A DNA stretch of 58,342 nt from Acidimicrobiales bacterium (GTDB lineage Bacteria > Actinomycetota > Acidimicrobiia > Acidimicrobiales > CADCTF01), in assembly GCA_036380695.1 (NCBI GenBank), contig DASVEG010000202.1, positions 1 through 58,342 of the forward strand, in the 5' to 3' direction. The notes under the pieces are model-generated. The model was not told the origin of the DNA. It did no database searches and saw only the letters and a program-made list of their open reading frames with translations. Both the position numbers and the translations under genes were made by a program. The stretch's first letter is position 1; the number at the start of each line of letters is the position of its first letter. Below, piece after piece: positions 33,891 through 42,232 of the stretch.

Positions 33891-34613
33891 TCACGCCCCC
33901 TCCGTCGCGGTGGTGGCCGGCGTCGCCGTCGCGATGCTCACCCTGCCGCTGTAGGCGGGGACGGTCACGTCGTCGCGCTCGTCGACGGAGAAGCCCAGGC
34001 CGAACAGGTCGGTCCACCGTTCGAAGCGGCGGGCGATGTCGCTCGACACGAACCGGCGGCGGTCGGCGCCGATCGCCTCGATCCGGTACGGCGGGCTGAG
34101 CGGCCGGAAGTTCACGATGATCGTGTCGCCCGCGGCGCGGATCGGCGTGGTCGCGACGAGGCGGCTCCCGTTCACCGCGACGGCTTCGGCGCCAGCCGCG
34201 AAGAGTGCGTTCGCGACGAGCTGCACGTCGCTGTCGTGGATCTCGTAGGCGCCTGCGTCCTCTGGCGACGGCGGTTCGCGATCGGATGGCGCGAGGCCGA
34301 CGACGAGCCCCTCGCCGACGAGCGCGACGGTGCCGGCCTGCGCGGCGAGCTCCGCGAGCCGTTCGGCGACGGCCTCCTCCTGCGCGTCGAGGCGGCTGGC
34401 CTGTTGCTGGGCCCGCCCGACGTCGCTGCGCAGGCTCGCGACGGCCTCGTCGAGGTCGTCGACGAGCGACTGACGTTGCTCGATGAGCTCGATGATGTCG
34501 GCCCGCCGTGGCTCGACGCGCGCCCGCTCGGCGTGGCCGGTCGCGAACGCGGTCACGACGAGGAACCCCGTGATCGCGAGCACGCCGCCGAGGGTGATCG
34601 AGCTTCGGTCCAC
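33891..34613 (-). CDS. DUF881-domain membrane protein (Rv1823-like)
   Basis: 240 aa with a TM helix, a coiled coil and GEGLVVGLAPSD...AVAVNGSRLV. Confidence 0.85.
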   Translation of the reverse strand: MDRSSITLGGVLAITGFLVVTAFATGHAERARVEPRRADIIELIEQRQSLVDDLDEAVASLRSDVGRAQQQASRLDAQEEAVAERLAELAAQAGTVALVGEGLVVGLAPSDREPPSPEDAGAYEIHDSDVQLVANALFAAGAEAVAVNGSRLVATTPIRAAGDTIIVNFRPLSPPYRIEAIGADRRRFVSSDIARRFERWTDLFGLGFSVDERDDVTVPAYSGRVSIATATPATTATEGA

Positions 34614-34665
34614 CGGCGGGGATCTTCGCGCACCGTCGTCGAAATGCCGCTTCGCCTTTTCGCCC

Positions 34666-34959
34666 TCATACGTCGATGTCGTCGACGACCGTGCCGGGCG
34701 TCAGCACCTCTGCCGCGAGCGGCGCGGGCGGGTCGTCGTCTGGCAACGACCGCACCGGCAGGGCGACCTCGACGACGTCCGGAGCGCCGGCGTGCTCGAC
34801 GCGGAGCGGCGCGCCGACGACGTCCGCGCCCATGCGACGGGCGACTTCGCGCAGGGCGGCCACCGACGCCTCGACGGCCGCGACCGAGTCCTGCCCCACT
34901 CCCCCGCGAGTGGTCACGCACAACGCGGGTGTCGGCGACGCGAGCGACCGCCGCGTCAC
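34666..34959 (-). CDS. Hypothetical small protein (97 aa)
   Basis: GTG 34959 overlaps the stop of the ManC-fusion gene (GTGA). GC3 is high. I recognise no family. Only the tail of track ORF 34666..36981 is used. Confidence 0.4.
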   Translation of the reverse strand: MTRRSLASPTPALCVTTRGGVGQDSVAAVEASVAALREVARRMGADVVGAPLRVEHAGAPDVVEVALPVRSLPDDDPPAPLAAEVLTPGTVVDDIDV

Positions 34960-37460
34960 GTGCGGAGGAGCTGGCGGATCTGGCGAGCCCAATCGCCGGC
35001 GAGTCGCGCCGCGTCGTCGTCCGAGCCCGCTTCCGCCCACACGTGCGTCGTCGGCTGCTCGGGATCGGGCAGCACGAGCACCCAGCCGTCGTCGTTGACG
35101 ATCTTCACGCCGTCGACCAACACGAGCTCGTCGTCCTTCGCGAACTCGAGGACGCTGCGCATGACCATGCCCTTCTGCTCCCACGCCGTCGGCACGATCT
35201 CCCGCGCGACATGCACTCGCGGCGCTTCGTCGACGACCTTCGACAGGCGGACGCCGCGGCGCGCCAGGAGCGCGAGGGTGTTCACGAACGTCGCCGTCGC
35301 GTCGAACGCGGGGAGGAACGACGGCCACATGAAGCCGCCTTCGCCGTCGGCCGCGAACGTCACGCCTTCGCGGTGCGCGACCTCCATGAGGTGCGGCGTC
35401 GACAGCTTCGTCCACACGACCTCTGCCCCGTTGTCGACCGCGTAGCTCTCCAGCGCACGGCTCGCCGTGACGGGGAGCGCGACGCGCACGGGCTCGCCGT
35501 CGTGCTCCCGCGTCGCGCACGCCAACGCCAGCAGGGCGAACACCGCCTCGTGGCCGTCGAGCAACCGCCCGGTGTCGTCGACCAGCGTGATCCGCTCGCC
35601 GTCGGGGTCGAGGACGGCCCCCAGCGTGGCACGGCTGGTGCGCACCAGATCGGCGACGTGGCGTGCCTGGGCGCGGCGGTCGAACGACGCCGCGCCTGCC
35701 GTCGCCGCGTACGGGTTCACCGCGAGCACGTCGGCGCCGAGCTTGGCGAGCACGTTCGGCATGGCCAGCGACGCCGAGCCGTACGCGTAGTCGAGGACCA
35801 CCTTCGACCCCGCACCGCGGATCGCGTCGACGTCGACGCTGCGTACGAGCCCCGCGGTATAGAACTCGAGGGCACGACCGGGGAACGCGATGTCGCCGAT
35901 GTCGGCGGCGAACGCACGCCGGAAGTCCTCCCGGTAGAAGAGCCGTTCGATCTTGCGCTGCAACGCCTCGTCGATGTCGATGCCGTTGGCGTCGAAGAAG
36001 CGCACGACGACCGACTGCGGGTCGTCGGGTTGGAGGCGGACCGTGACGCCTCCGTCGGCACCCGCGGACCGGATGTGGAACCGCGTGACGGGCACCGGCG
36101 CGAGCTCGAGGTCTTCGACGTGGATACCCGCGGCGTTGAGCCCCACCATGATCGCCCGCTTCAGCGTGCGGGCTGCCCGCGACGTGTCGCGCGACGTCGT
36201 GACCGTCGACCCCTTCTTCAGGGTCGTGCCGTAGGCCATCGCGACCCGCAGCGCGAGCTCGGGGCTGATGTCGACGTTCGCGAGGCCGGCGACGCCGTTG
36301 CGTCCGAACAGATGGCGCGCGCCGCGCGACTCCCAGACGATCGAGGAGTTGATGACCGCGTTCGCCTCGACCGTCTTGAACGGGTACACCTTCACGCCGG
36401 GGTTGAGCACCGCGTGCTCGCCGACGAAGCATTCGTCGCCGAGCACGACGCCTTCGTCTGCCCGCGCTCCCTTCCGCATGTCGGCGGACCGCCCGATGAC
36501 GCACCCCCGTAGCCGCACGCCCGCGCCGAGGTACGCGTTGTCGTGGACGACGGTGCGCTCGAGGTACGCGTCGGGGCCGACGTTCACGTTCGAGCCGAGG
36601 ACGGTGTACTCGCGGATGTGCGCGCCCTGCTGGACGCGGCAGTGGTCGCCGATGACGCACGGGCCTTCGACGATCGCGTCGGGATGGATCTCGGCGCCTT
36701 CGCCGAGCCAGACGCCCGAGCTGACCTCGAAGCCGGCCAGGTCGACCTCGACCTTGCGGTCGAGCACGTCGTGGTGCGCGCGGCTGTAGGCCTCGAGGGT
36801 GCCGACGTCCTCCCAGTAGCCCTCGGCGACGTAGCCGTACAACGGCTTGCCGGCGTCGAGCAATGCGGGGAACACGTCGCCCGAGAAGTCGACGGAACGG
36901 CCGGGCTCTATCGCCTCGAAGATCTCCGGCTCGAGGACGTAGATGCCGGTGTTGATCGTGTCGCTGAACACCTGGCCCCACGACGGCTTCTCGAGGAACC
37001 GTTCGATCGACCCGTCTTCACGCGTGATGACGATGCCGAACTCGAGCGGGTTCTCCATCGCCTTGAGGCCGATGGTGGCGAGCGCGCCCTTCTCCTCGTG
37101 GAAGCGCACGATGGCGGAGAGGTCGACGTCGGTGAGCACGTCGCCGGAGATCACGAGGAAGCGCTCGTCGCGCAGCTCGTCCATGGCGTTGCGGACGGAC
37201 CCGGCCGTCCCGAGCGGCGTCTCCTCCGTCGCGTAGACCATGCGCACGCCGAACTCGGAGCCGTCGCCGAAGTAGGTGCGGATGGCGTTGGCGAGGAACG
37301 CCACCGTGACGACGACGTCCTCGAACCCGTGGTCCTTCAGGAGCCGCACGATGTGCTCCATCATCGGGAGGTTCGCGAGCGGCATCATCGGCTTCGGCTG
37401 GTTCGAGGTCAGCGGCCGCAGCCGCGTGCCCTCGCCGCCGGCCATGATCACGGCCTTCAC
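34956..37460 (-). CDS. Fusion protein (834 aa): sugar-1-phosphate nucleotidyltransferase (mannose-1-P guanylyltransferase-like), left-handed beta-helix and PGM/PMM-like domains
   Basis: GTG 37460 overlaps the phosphatidyltransferase stop (GTGA). The N-terminus has IMAGGEGTRLRPLT...EKP. The C-terminal two thirds aligns by eye with phosphohexomutase domains. Where TASHNP is expected, the sequence reads GGVTVRLQPDDP. Confidence 0.88.
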   Translation of the reverse strand: MKAVIMAGGEGTRLRPLTSNQPKPMMPLANLPMMEHIVRLLKDHGFEDVVVTVAFLANAIRTYFGDGSEFGVRMVYATEETPLGTAGSVRNAMDELRDERFLVISGDVLTDVDLSAIVRFHEEKGALATIGLKAMENPLEFGIVITREDGSIERFLEKPSWGQVFSDTINTGIYVLEPEIFEAIEPGRSVDFSGDVFPALLDAGKPLYGYVAEGYWEDVGTLEAYSRAHHDVLDRKVEVDLAGFEVSSGVWLGEGAEIHPDAIVEGPCVIGDHCRVQQGAHIREYTVLGSNVNVGPDAYLERTVVHDNAYLGAGVRLRGCVIGRSADMRKGARADEGVVLGDECFVGEHAVLNPGVKVYPFKTVEANAVINSSIVWESRGARHLFGRNGVAGLANVDISPELALRVAMAYGTTLKKGSTVTTSRDTSRAARTLKRAIMVGLNAAGIHVEDLELAPVPVTRFHIRSAGADGGVTVRLQPDDPQSVVVRFFDANGIDIDEALQRKIERLFYREDFRRAFAADIGDIAFPGRALEFYTAGLVRSVDVDAIRGAGSKVVLDYAYGSASLAMPNVLAKLGADVLAVNPYAATAGAASFDRRAQARHVADLVRTSRATLGAVLDPDGERITLVDDTGRLLDGHEAVFALLALACATREHDGEPVRVALPVTASRALESYAVDNGAEVVWTKLSTPHLMEVAHREGVTFAADGEGGFMWPSFLPAFDATATFVNTLALLARRGVRLSKVVDEAPRVHVAREIVPTAWEQKGMVMRSVLEFAKDDELVLVDGVKIVNDDGWVLVLPDPEQPTTHVWAEAGSDDDAARLAGDWARQIRQLLRT

Positions 37461-38071
37461 GCCGCGCTCCCCTCCCGCGCCGCACGCCCGTCCCGCAGCG
37501 CCTGCTGCGCGAGGGGGATGTAGGTGGCGGCGGCGTACCAGCTCAGGATCAGGCCGGGGACCACGAAGATCCAGCCGAGCGCCTGGCTCGTGTCGTTCCA
37601 CGTGATGCCGGACGCGCCGCCGAGGAAGAACGGGAAGGCGAACATGTTGCAGAACGTCCCCGCCTTGCCCACCCACGTGACGTCGATGCGCGCTGCGCCG
37701 AGCGTCGCGAGCAGGAGCGCGGCGCCGGCGACGACGATCTCACGGACGATCACCGCCACCGCGACCCACGTCGGCACCGCTCCGTCGATCAGGATCGCGA
37801 CGATGCCGATCCCGAGCAGCAACCGGTCGGCCAGCGGGTCGAGCACCTTTCCGAGCGAGGACACCTGCTGGAAGTGGCGGGCGATGTATCCGTCGACCCA
37901 GTCGGTCGCGCCGAGCGCGCCGAGCAGGTACGCAGCCCTGGCGCGGTCGTCCTTCGCGAAGAGCAGCCACAGGAACAGCGGGATGCACGCGAGCCTGCCG
38001 AGCGAGATCAGGTTCGGCACGGTGAGGACGCGGTCTTCGCCGGGCGCTTCGGTCGCGGGTCCGGTCGTCAT
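37457..38071 (-). CDS. CDP-alcohol phosphatidyltransferase (PgsA2 / actinobacterial cardiolipin synthase-like)
   Basis: Motif D-WV-DG-YI-AR-x8-G-x3-D-x3-D is present (ATDWVDGYIARHFQQVSSLGKVLDPLADR). The start is uncertain: ATG 38071, or upstream ATG 38095 / 38125. Confidence 0.88.
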   Translation of the reverse strand: MTTGPATEAPGEDRVLTVPNLISLGRLACIPLFLWLLFAKDDRARAAYLLGALGATDWVDGYIARHFQQVSSLGKVLDPLADRLLLGIGIVAILIDGAVPTWVAVAVIVREIVVAGAALLLATLGAARIDVTWVGKAGTFCNMFAFPFFLGGASGITWNDTSQALGWIFVVPGLILSWYAAATYIPLAQQALRDGRAAREGSAA

Positions 38072-38132
38072 CCTTGACGGGAGTCTAGGGAGCATCCCCC
38101 AGCGGCGAGGGCGATCCGACCACACTTTCGCG

Positions 38133-38813
38133 GTGGACCTGGTCGAGCGGCTCGAGAGCTACGAGGTCACCGCGGTGCCGCCGCGGAGCCATTTGCGGCT
38201 CGTCTGGACGGCGCCTGGCGACGACGACCGGGCGGCGCCCAGCATCGACGGCGACGTCGAGACGGGGCGCGTGTTGCCCCTCCTCGCGTCCTACCGGGAT
38301 CACGTTCGTCCCGGTGGGGGCGGCGAGCTGAGCGACCCTCACGACACGCCCGTCGTCATCGAGATCGGACCGGTCGCGTCCGAGGCGGCGCTGGCGTGGT
38401 TGGAGAACACGCGGCACGTGCTCGCCGCGGTGCGCGATCACCGGGCGTCGCTGCCGTTCGTCGTGCCCCCCGAGGTGATCTCCGCGTTCGGCGCGTACCT
38501 CGACGACTGGGAGCGGACGGCGCGTGCGTCGCCCGTCTTCCTCTGGCGAGGCGACGCCCCTGCCGAGCGCGTGCGGTTGCTCGTGCAGTACTGGTTCAAC
38601 ATCGACTCGCTCGATCGCGCCACCGTCGACCGGCTCGGGATCACGTGGTCGCCCGCTGAGGCTCGCCCCTTCCTCGAGGCCCTCATGGCGGGCATCATGA
38701 GTGGGCTGGCGGCCGACGAGTCGACCGCGGGGTTCGCGGGCAACCTCCAGCGTTCGTGGCGCGCGGCGATCGACCCGTACGCCGAGTGCCCCGAGCGCAT
38801 CACGCCAGACTGA
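38133..38813 (+). CDS. Hypothetical protein (226 aa)
   Basis: GTG 38133 lies within track ORF 37524..38813. The composition looks coding and the segments look folded (LLVQYWFNIDSLDRATVDRLGITWSPAEARPFLEAL). I recognise no family. Confidence 0.5.
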   Translation: MDLVERLESYEVTAVPPRSHLRLVWTAPGDDDRAAPSIDGDVETGRVLPLLASYRDHVRPGGGGELSDPHDTPVVIEIGPVASEAALAWLENTRHVLAAVRDHRASLPFVVPPEVISAFGAYLDDWERTARASPVFLWRGDAPAERVRLLVQYWFNIDSLDRATVDRLGITWSPAEARPFLEALMAGIMSGLAADESTAGFAGNLQRSWRAAIDPYAECPERITPD

Positions 38814-38947
38814 CCATCTGGGCGTTTCGATCGCGTCCCGACCGGATAGCACACGCGGAGGGCGGCCCTCCTTCCACGGTTCCCCCCGAGCCCGGCCGCA
38901 GTTCCCCCAGCTGCATCCAGGACGCGAGGGCCGCCCGCCTTCGCCCG

Positions 38948-39493
38948 TCAGACGGGTCGGAGCGGGTCGTGCGGGTGCGGCGGCAGCTCGACGACAACGG
39001 GGTCGCCAGGGGCGACGTCGCCGCCTGCGACCACGACGGCCATCACGCCTGCTTTGCGGACGAGCTCGCCGTGCTCGTCGCGGTCGAGGACCGCGCCCTT
39101 CAGTCCCTGCTGGATGCCGTCGAGCTGGCCGCACGGGTTCCGTAGCCCGGTGACCTCGACGACCGCGGTGGCGCCGAGCCGGAGACGCGCGCCCGTCGGC
39201 AGGCCGAGGACCGCGATGCCGCGTGTCGTCACGTTCTCGCCCATCTGCCCTGGCGCGATCGCGAAGCCGTCGGCGGCGAGCTCGTCGTGCAGCTCGGCGT
39301 GGATCAGGTGGACCTGCCGCAGGTTCGGTTGCGTGGGGTCGCGCTCGACGCGCGACCGGTGTCTCACCGTCGCGCCCGCGTGCGCGTCGCCTTCGACACC
39401 GTGGTCGGCGACGAGGGTGATGCGGTCGACGTTCGGCTTCGCCATCGTGTGCGTCGAGCTCCGGCTGACGGCGACGACGATGCCTTTGGTCAC
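38948..39493 (-). CDS. MOSC-domain protein
   Basis: GTG 39493 (VTKGIVVAVSRSSTH...). Contains GVEGDAHAG...GQMGENVTTRGI...VEVTGLRNPCGQLD. Confidence 0.85.
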   Translation of the reverse strand: MTKGIVVAVSRSSTHTMAKPNVDRITLVADHGVEGDAHAGATVRHRSRVERDPTQPNLRQVHLIHAELHDELAADGFAIAPGQMGENVTTRGIAVLGLPTGARLRLGATAVVEVTGLRNPCGQLDGIQQGLKGAVLDRDEHGELVRKAGVMAVVVAGGDVAPGDPVVVELPPHPHDPLRPV

Positions 39494-39571
39494 GCGGTCG
39501 ACGATAGGACGGGTGACCCAGCGACGGCGACCGCACAGGAGTCCGCACCGTCCGGGTCGAATGGTGGAGGA

Positions 39572-40039
39572 ATGTCGACGTTGGGGGGTCACTCGACGGG
39601 CGGGCTCCGCGCGGAGCTGCTCGCGATGGTCGAGCGCGGGCGGGCCGCGTTCGACGCGGTCGAGGAGTTGACCAAGGCCGACCCCGTGTTCGCGGCAGAG
39701 CTCGCGCGGCGCGGCAACCCTGGCGTGCCCCTGGCGCTGCTCGCCTGGGACGATGCACCCGAGGTGTTCTCGGAGATGCTTGCCATCGACCGCTCGAACA
39801 GCAAGCGGTTCGTCGAGATCGTGGCCGAGCACGGTTGGCCGGGCGTCTCCCTCGTAGGTGAGGACGGCGCGGAGGCGGCATGGGAGCTGGCCATGCACGC
39901 CGATACCGAGCAGGCCGCCCGCCGCAAGTGGCTGCCGCTCGTCGACGACGCCGCAGTGCGCGGCGAGGTGTCCGAGGAGCAGGCCCGCCAGCTGCGCACG
40001 CGCATCGACGCGGTCGACGCGTTCAACGTCGACCAGTAA
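39572..40039 (+). CDS. Hypothetical protein, DUF6624-like
   Basis: ATG 39572 lies after GGAGG. VAEHGWPGVSLVGEDGAEAAWELAMHAD resembles the DUF6624 signature as I remember it. Confidence 0.55.
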   Translation: MSTLGGHSTGGLRAELLAMVERGRAAFDAVEELTKADPVFAAELARRGNPGVPLALLAWDDAPEVFSEMLAIDRSNSKRFVEIVAEHGWPGVSLVGEDGAEAAWELAMHADTEQAARRKWLPLVDDAAVRGEVSEEQARQLRTRIDAVDAFNVDQ

Positions 40040-40053
40040 CGGCACGGGCGGCT

Positions 40054-40464
40054 TCAGTCGGCCTCCGACGCGCCGTACTTCATCCATGCTGACTGGCGCG
40101 CGACGCCGAGCGCGTCCCCGATGTGCGCCCAGGAGCGCCCGCGCCTGCGGCATTCAGCCACGATCTCGACCTTCGATCGCTCGATCATGCGAGCCATGAA
40201 CTCCAGACCCTGCAGCTCGGCGAGCGGGTTGGCGAGCCGCTCCGGCCGGGTCGCGAGGTCGAGGTTCACTCGCACGGGCTCCGCCGCCATCTCGGGCGGC
40301 GACGCGATCGCGTCCACGAAGTCGGGATCCTGGAGGCGGTGCATCAGCTTCCGCAGCGGGAGCTCTTCGTCCCACGCGCCGTGCCACGCGTCGCGTGTAC
40401 GTCGCACCCGCTCGACTTCCTCGTCGGCCGCGGCGGCTGTTCGTTCGTCGGCGTTCGGCGTCAT
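40054..40464 (-). CDS. Helix-turn-helix protein (136 aa), putative regulator
   Basis: The C-terminal segment RGRSWAHIGDALGVARQSAWMKYG looks like an HTH. The ATG lies 6 nt downstream of a TAGTCT -10-like hexamer, so the transcript is probably leaderless. Confidence 0.6.
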   Translation of the reverse strand: MTPNADERTAAAADEEVERVRRTRDAWHGAWDEELPLRKLMHRLQDPDFVDAIASPPEMAAEPVRVNLDLATRPERLANPLAELQGLEFMARMIERSKVEIVAECRRRGRSWAHIGDALGVARQSAWMKYGASEAD

Positions 40465-40492
40465 GTCAGAAGACTATGACAGTCATTAGATT
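40465..40492. promoter_or_regulatory. 28-bp AT-rich divergent promoter/operator spacer containing palindrome ATGAC-A-GTCAT
   Basis: GTCAGAAGACTATGACAGTCATTAGATT lies between two divergent start codons. ATGACAGTCAT (40476-40486) is a perfect 5+1+5 palindrome. The region is an AT-rich island in a GC-rich genome. Confidence 0.5.
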
Positions 40493-40906
40493 ATGACAAG
40501 CGTCGGTTCCGAACGGTTGGCGCTCGCCGCCGCTGGCCTCGTCGTCCCGGTGCTCGCCATCGCGGTGCCGGGTGAGCGGTGGACGCTTGCGGCGACCGCG
40601 GTGGTGCCGGCAGCGGTCGCGGTGCGCGCCTTGCTGTTGGGCGTCGAGGTGCGCGGCGAGACGGTCGTCGTGCGCAACCTGCTGCGGACGACGCGGGTGC
40701 CGATCACCGAAGTGGAGGACGTCGTCGTCGAGGAGATCGGCGTCCAGCGGCGCATGAGGGCAGCGCTGCGCATGCGGTCGGGGTTCGATGTGCCGATCGA
40801 TGCGTTGCACGCCGGCTACGACGTCACGAGCCGCAGGCGGTTGCACGAGGAGGTCGCCGACCTCCGCCGCCGCGTCGAAGCGATGCGTCGGGGTGGGGAG
40901 ATTTGA
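40493..40906 (+). CDS. Membrane protein with bacterial PH-like domain (137 aa)
   Basis: Two N-terminal TM helices followed by GETVVVRNLLRTTRVPITEVEDVVVEE, typical of actinobacterial bPH proteins. GC3 is high. The last 19 nt overlap tRNA-Pro on the opposite strand. Confidence 0.55.
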   Translation: MTSVGSERLALAAAGLVVPVLAIAVPGERWTLAATAVVPAAVAVRALLLGVEVRGETVVVRNLLRTTRVPITEVEDVVVEEIGVQRRMRAALRMRSGFDVPIDALHAGYDVTSRRRLHEEVADLRRRVEAMRRGGEI

Positions 40907-40962
40907 ACTCCCGACCTCCTGACCCCCAGTCAGGCGCCCTAACCAAGCTGGGCCACACCCCG
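40888..40962 (-). tRNA. tRNA-Pro (anticodon GGG)
   Basis: Folded by hand as a cloverleaf. Acceptor stem is CGGGGTG/CACCCCG, D stem GCCC/GGGC and anticodon stem CCTGA/TCAGG with loop CTGGGGG. T stem is GGGAG/CTCCC with loop TTCAAAT, and the discriminator is A. CCA is not encoded. Confidence 0.93.
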
Positions 40963-41012
40963 GAACCGACGGACGAGCGTACCCGACCCGTCCCCCCATC
41001 TCGTCTCGCCAT

Positions 41013-41063
41013 CGTTCTGGGTGGATGAGTCCGTGTAGATACCGGGCTCATCCACCCAGAACG
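41013..41063. repeat. Family-2 hairpin repeat, copy b (inverted relative to copy a)
   Basis: CGTTCTGGGTGGATGAGTCCG tgtagatac CGGGCTCATCCACCCAGAACG forms 21-bp arms with one T:G pair. Confidence 0.9.
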
Positions 41064-41079
41064 AAATGGGGAGGCACGG

Positions 41080-41277
41080 TCAGAGCCGGTCGATGACCCA
41101 GTCGACGCCTTGGAACGCGCGGAAGCCGAGATAGAGGGCGACGGCGACCATCAGGAGCTTGAAGTGCCATGGGGCCTTTGCCGGCGGAGCGATGGTCCGG
41201 CCGCACGTCGGGCACGTGCCGTCGGCGCGCATCGACGTGGGGTTCCAGAACTTGGCGCAGTCCTCGCACCACGGCAC
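41080..41277 (-). CDS. Small zinc-ribbon membrane protein (65 aa)
   Basis: GTG 41277 lies 9 nt after GAGGAG. Contains CEDC...CPTC and a C-terminal TM helix (WHFKLLMVAVALYLGF). Confidence 0.55.
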   Translation of the reverse strand: MPWCEDCAKFWNPTSMRADGTCPTCGRTIAPPAKAPWHFKLLMVAVALYLGFRAFQGVDWVIDRL

Positions 41278-41299
41278 GGCTGCGGGCTCCTCGCCCTGT

Positions 41300-42232
41300 C
41301 TAGGAGGCGCCTGCGCCCGCGAGGCGCGACCGCGGCCCGGCGTGCGCGACCGCGGACGGCACCGGACGGCCGACGAGCGTCGACACGAGCGCCGCCGCTT
41401 CCACCAGCGAGTCGACGGACACACCGGTGCGCACGCCGAGGTCGTCGAGCATCGCGACCAGTCCCTCCGTCGCCAGGTTGCCGCCCGCGCCATGGGCGAA
41501 CGGCGACCCGCCCAGCCCGCCCACCGACGTGTCGAAGTCGGCGACGCCGAGCTGCAGCGCGCAGAACGCGTTCACGAGGCCGGTGCCCCGCGTCTCGTGG
41601 AAGTGCAGGCGGATGTTCGTGCCAACGGCGTCCACGAGCTCGGCGACCCGCCGAGGCGTGGCCATGCCGGTCGTGTCGGCGAACGTCAACGACGTCGCGC
41701 CGCGGTCGAGGATCTGCCTCGCGAGCGATGCCACGTCGAGCGGCGGGATGTCGCCCTCGTACGGCGACCCGAACGCGCACGACACCGTGACGTCGACCCA
41801 CAAGCCGCCCGCCCTCGCGACGATCTCGCCGATGGCCGACAACGACTCGGGGATCGTGCGCCGCACGTTCTTCTCGTTGTACGCGGGCGACGCGCTGATG
41901 GTCACGTTCAGCCCGTCGACGCCCGCCTCCAACGCGAGCTCGGCGCCCTTCACGTTCGGCACGAGCGCGACGTAGGAGACGTCGTCGCGACGGGCGACAC
42001 GCGCCATCACCTCGGCCGCGCCGGCCATCGCCGGAACCGCCGTCGGCGACACGAACGACACCGCCTCGATCTCCCGCAAGCCCGAGGCCGAGAGCGCGTC
42101 GACGAGGCGGACGCGGTCGTCGACAGCGAGCGGTTCCTCCGCCTGCAGCCCATCGCGCGGCCCGACCTCGCGGATGCGGACCTCGGCGGGCAGCGACGCC
42201 CCCGCCCGCGCGGCCGGCACGCTCGCCCTCAT
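41300..42232 (-). CDS. Hydroxymethylglutaryl-CoA lyase
   Basis: 310 aa with IREVGPRDGLQ...SFVSP...the HMGL-like TIM-barrel pattern. The ATG overlaps the carboxyltransferase stop. Confidence 0.92.
   Translation of the reverse strand: MRASVPAARAGASLPAEVRIREVGPRDGLQAEEPLAVDDRVRLVDALSASGLREIEAVSFVSPTAVPAMAGAAEVMARVARRDDVSYVALVPNVKGAELALEAGVDGLNVTISASPAYNEKNVRRTIPESLSAIGEIVARAGGLWVDVTVSCAFGSPYEGDIPPLDVASLARQILDRGATSLTFADTTGMATPRRVAELVDAVGTNIRLHFHETRGTGLVNAFCALQLGVADFDTSVGGLGGSPFAHGAGGNLATEGLVAMLDDLGVRTGVSVDSLVEAAALVSTLVGRPVPSAVAHAGPRSRLAGAGAS

Noticed and set aside
38085-39881. 598-aa minus-strand ORF and similar Arg/Pro-rich ORFs (for example 13519..15084, 17988..20054, 9538..11067)
   Set aside because: Their translations are dominated by R/P/G/A runs. 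They overlap better-supported genes in other frames or strands and have no motifs.
40465-40906. The 137-aa ORF overlapping tRNA-Pro as a possible artefact
   Set aside because: The ORF is kept as a feature. It has high GC3, two clear TM helices and a PH-like motif. The 19-nt overlap with the tRNA is on the opposite strand and involves only the last six codons. Confidence is kept moderate.
15881-40962. Integrative element bounded by the tyrosine recombinase and tRNA-Pro
   Set aside because: The 24-kb interval contains core genes in conserved actinobacterial synteny (gcv, FHA/MerR block, pgsA). The recombinase is not adjacent to the tRNA. I found no repeat of the tRNA 3' segment (GATTTGAACTCC) elsewhere in the window.
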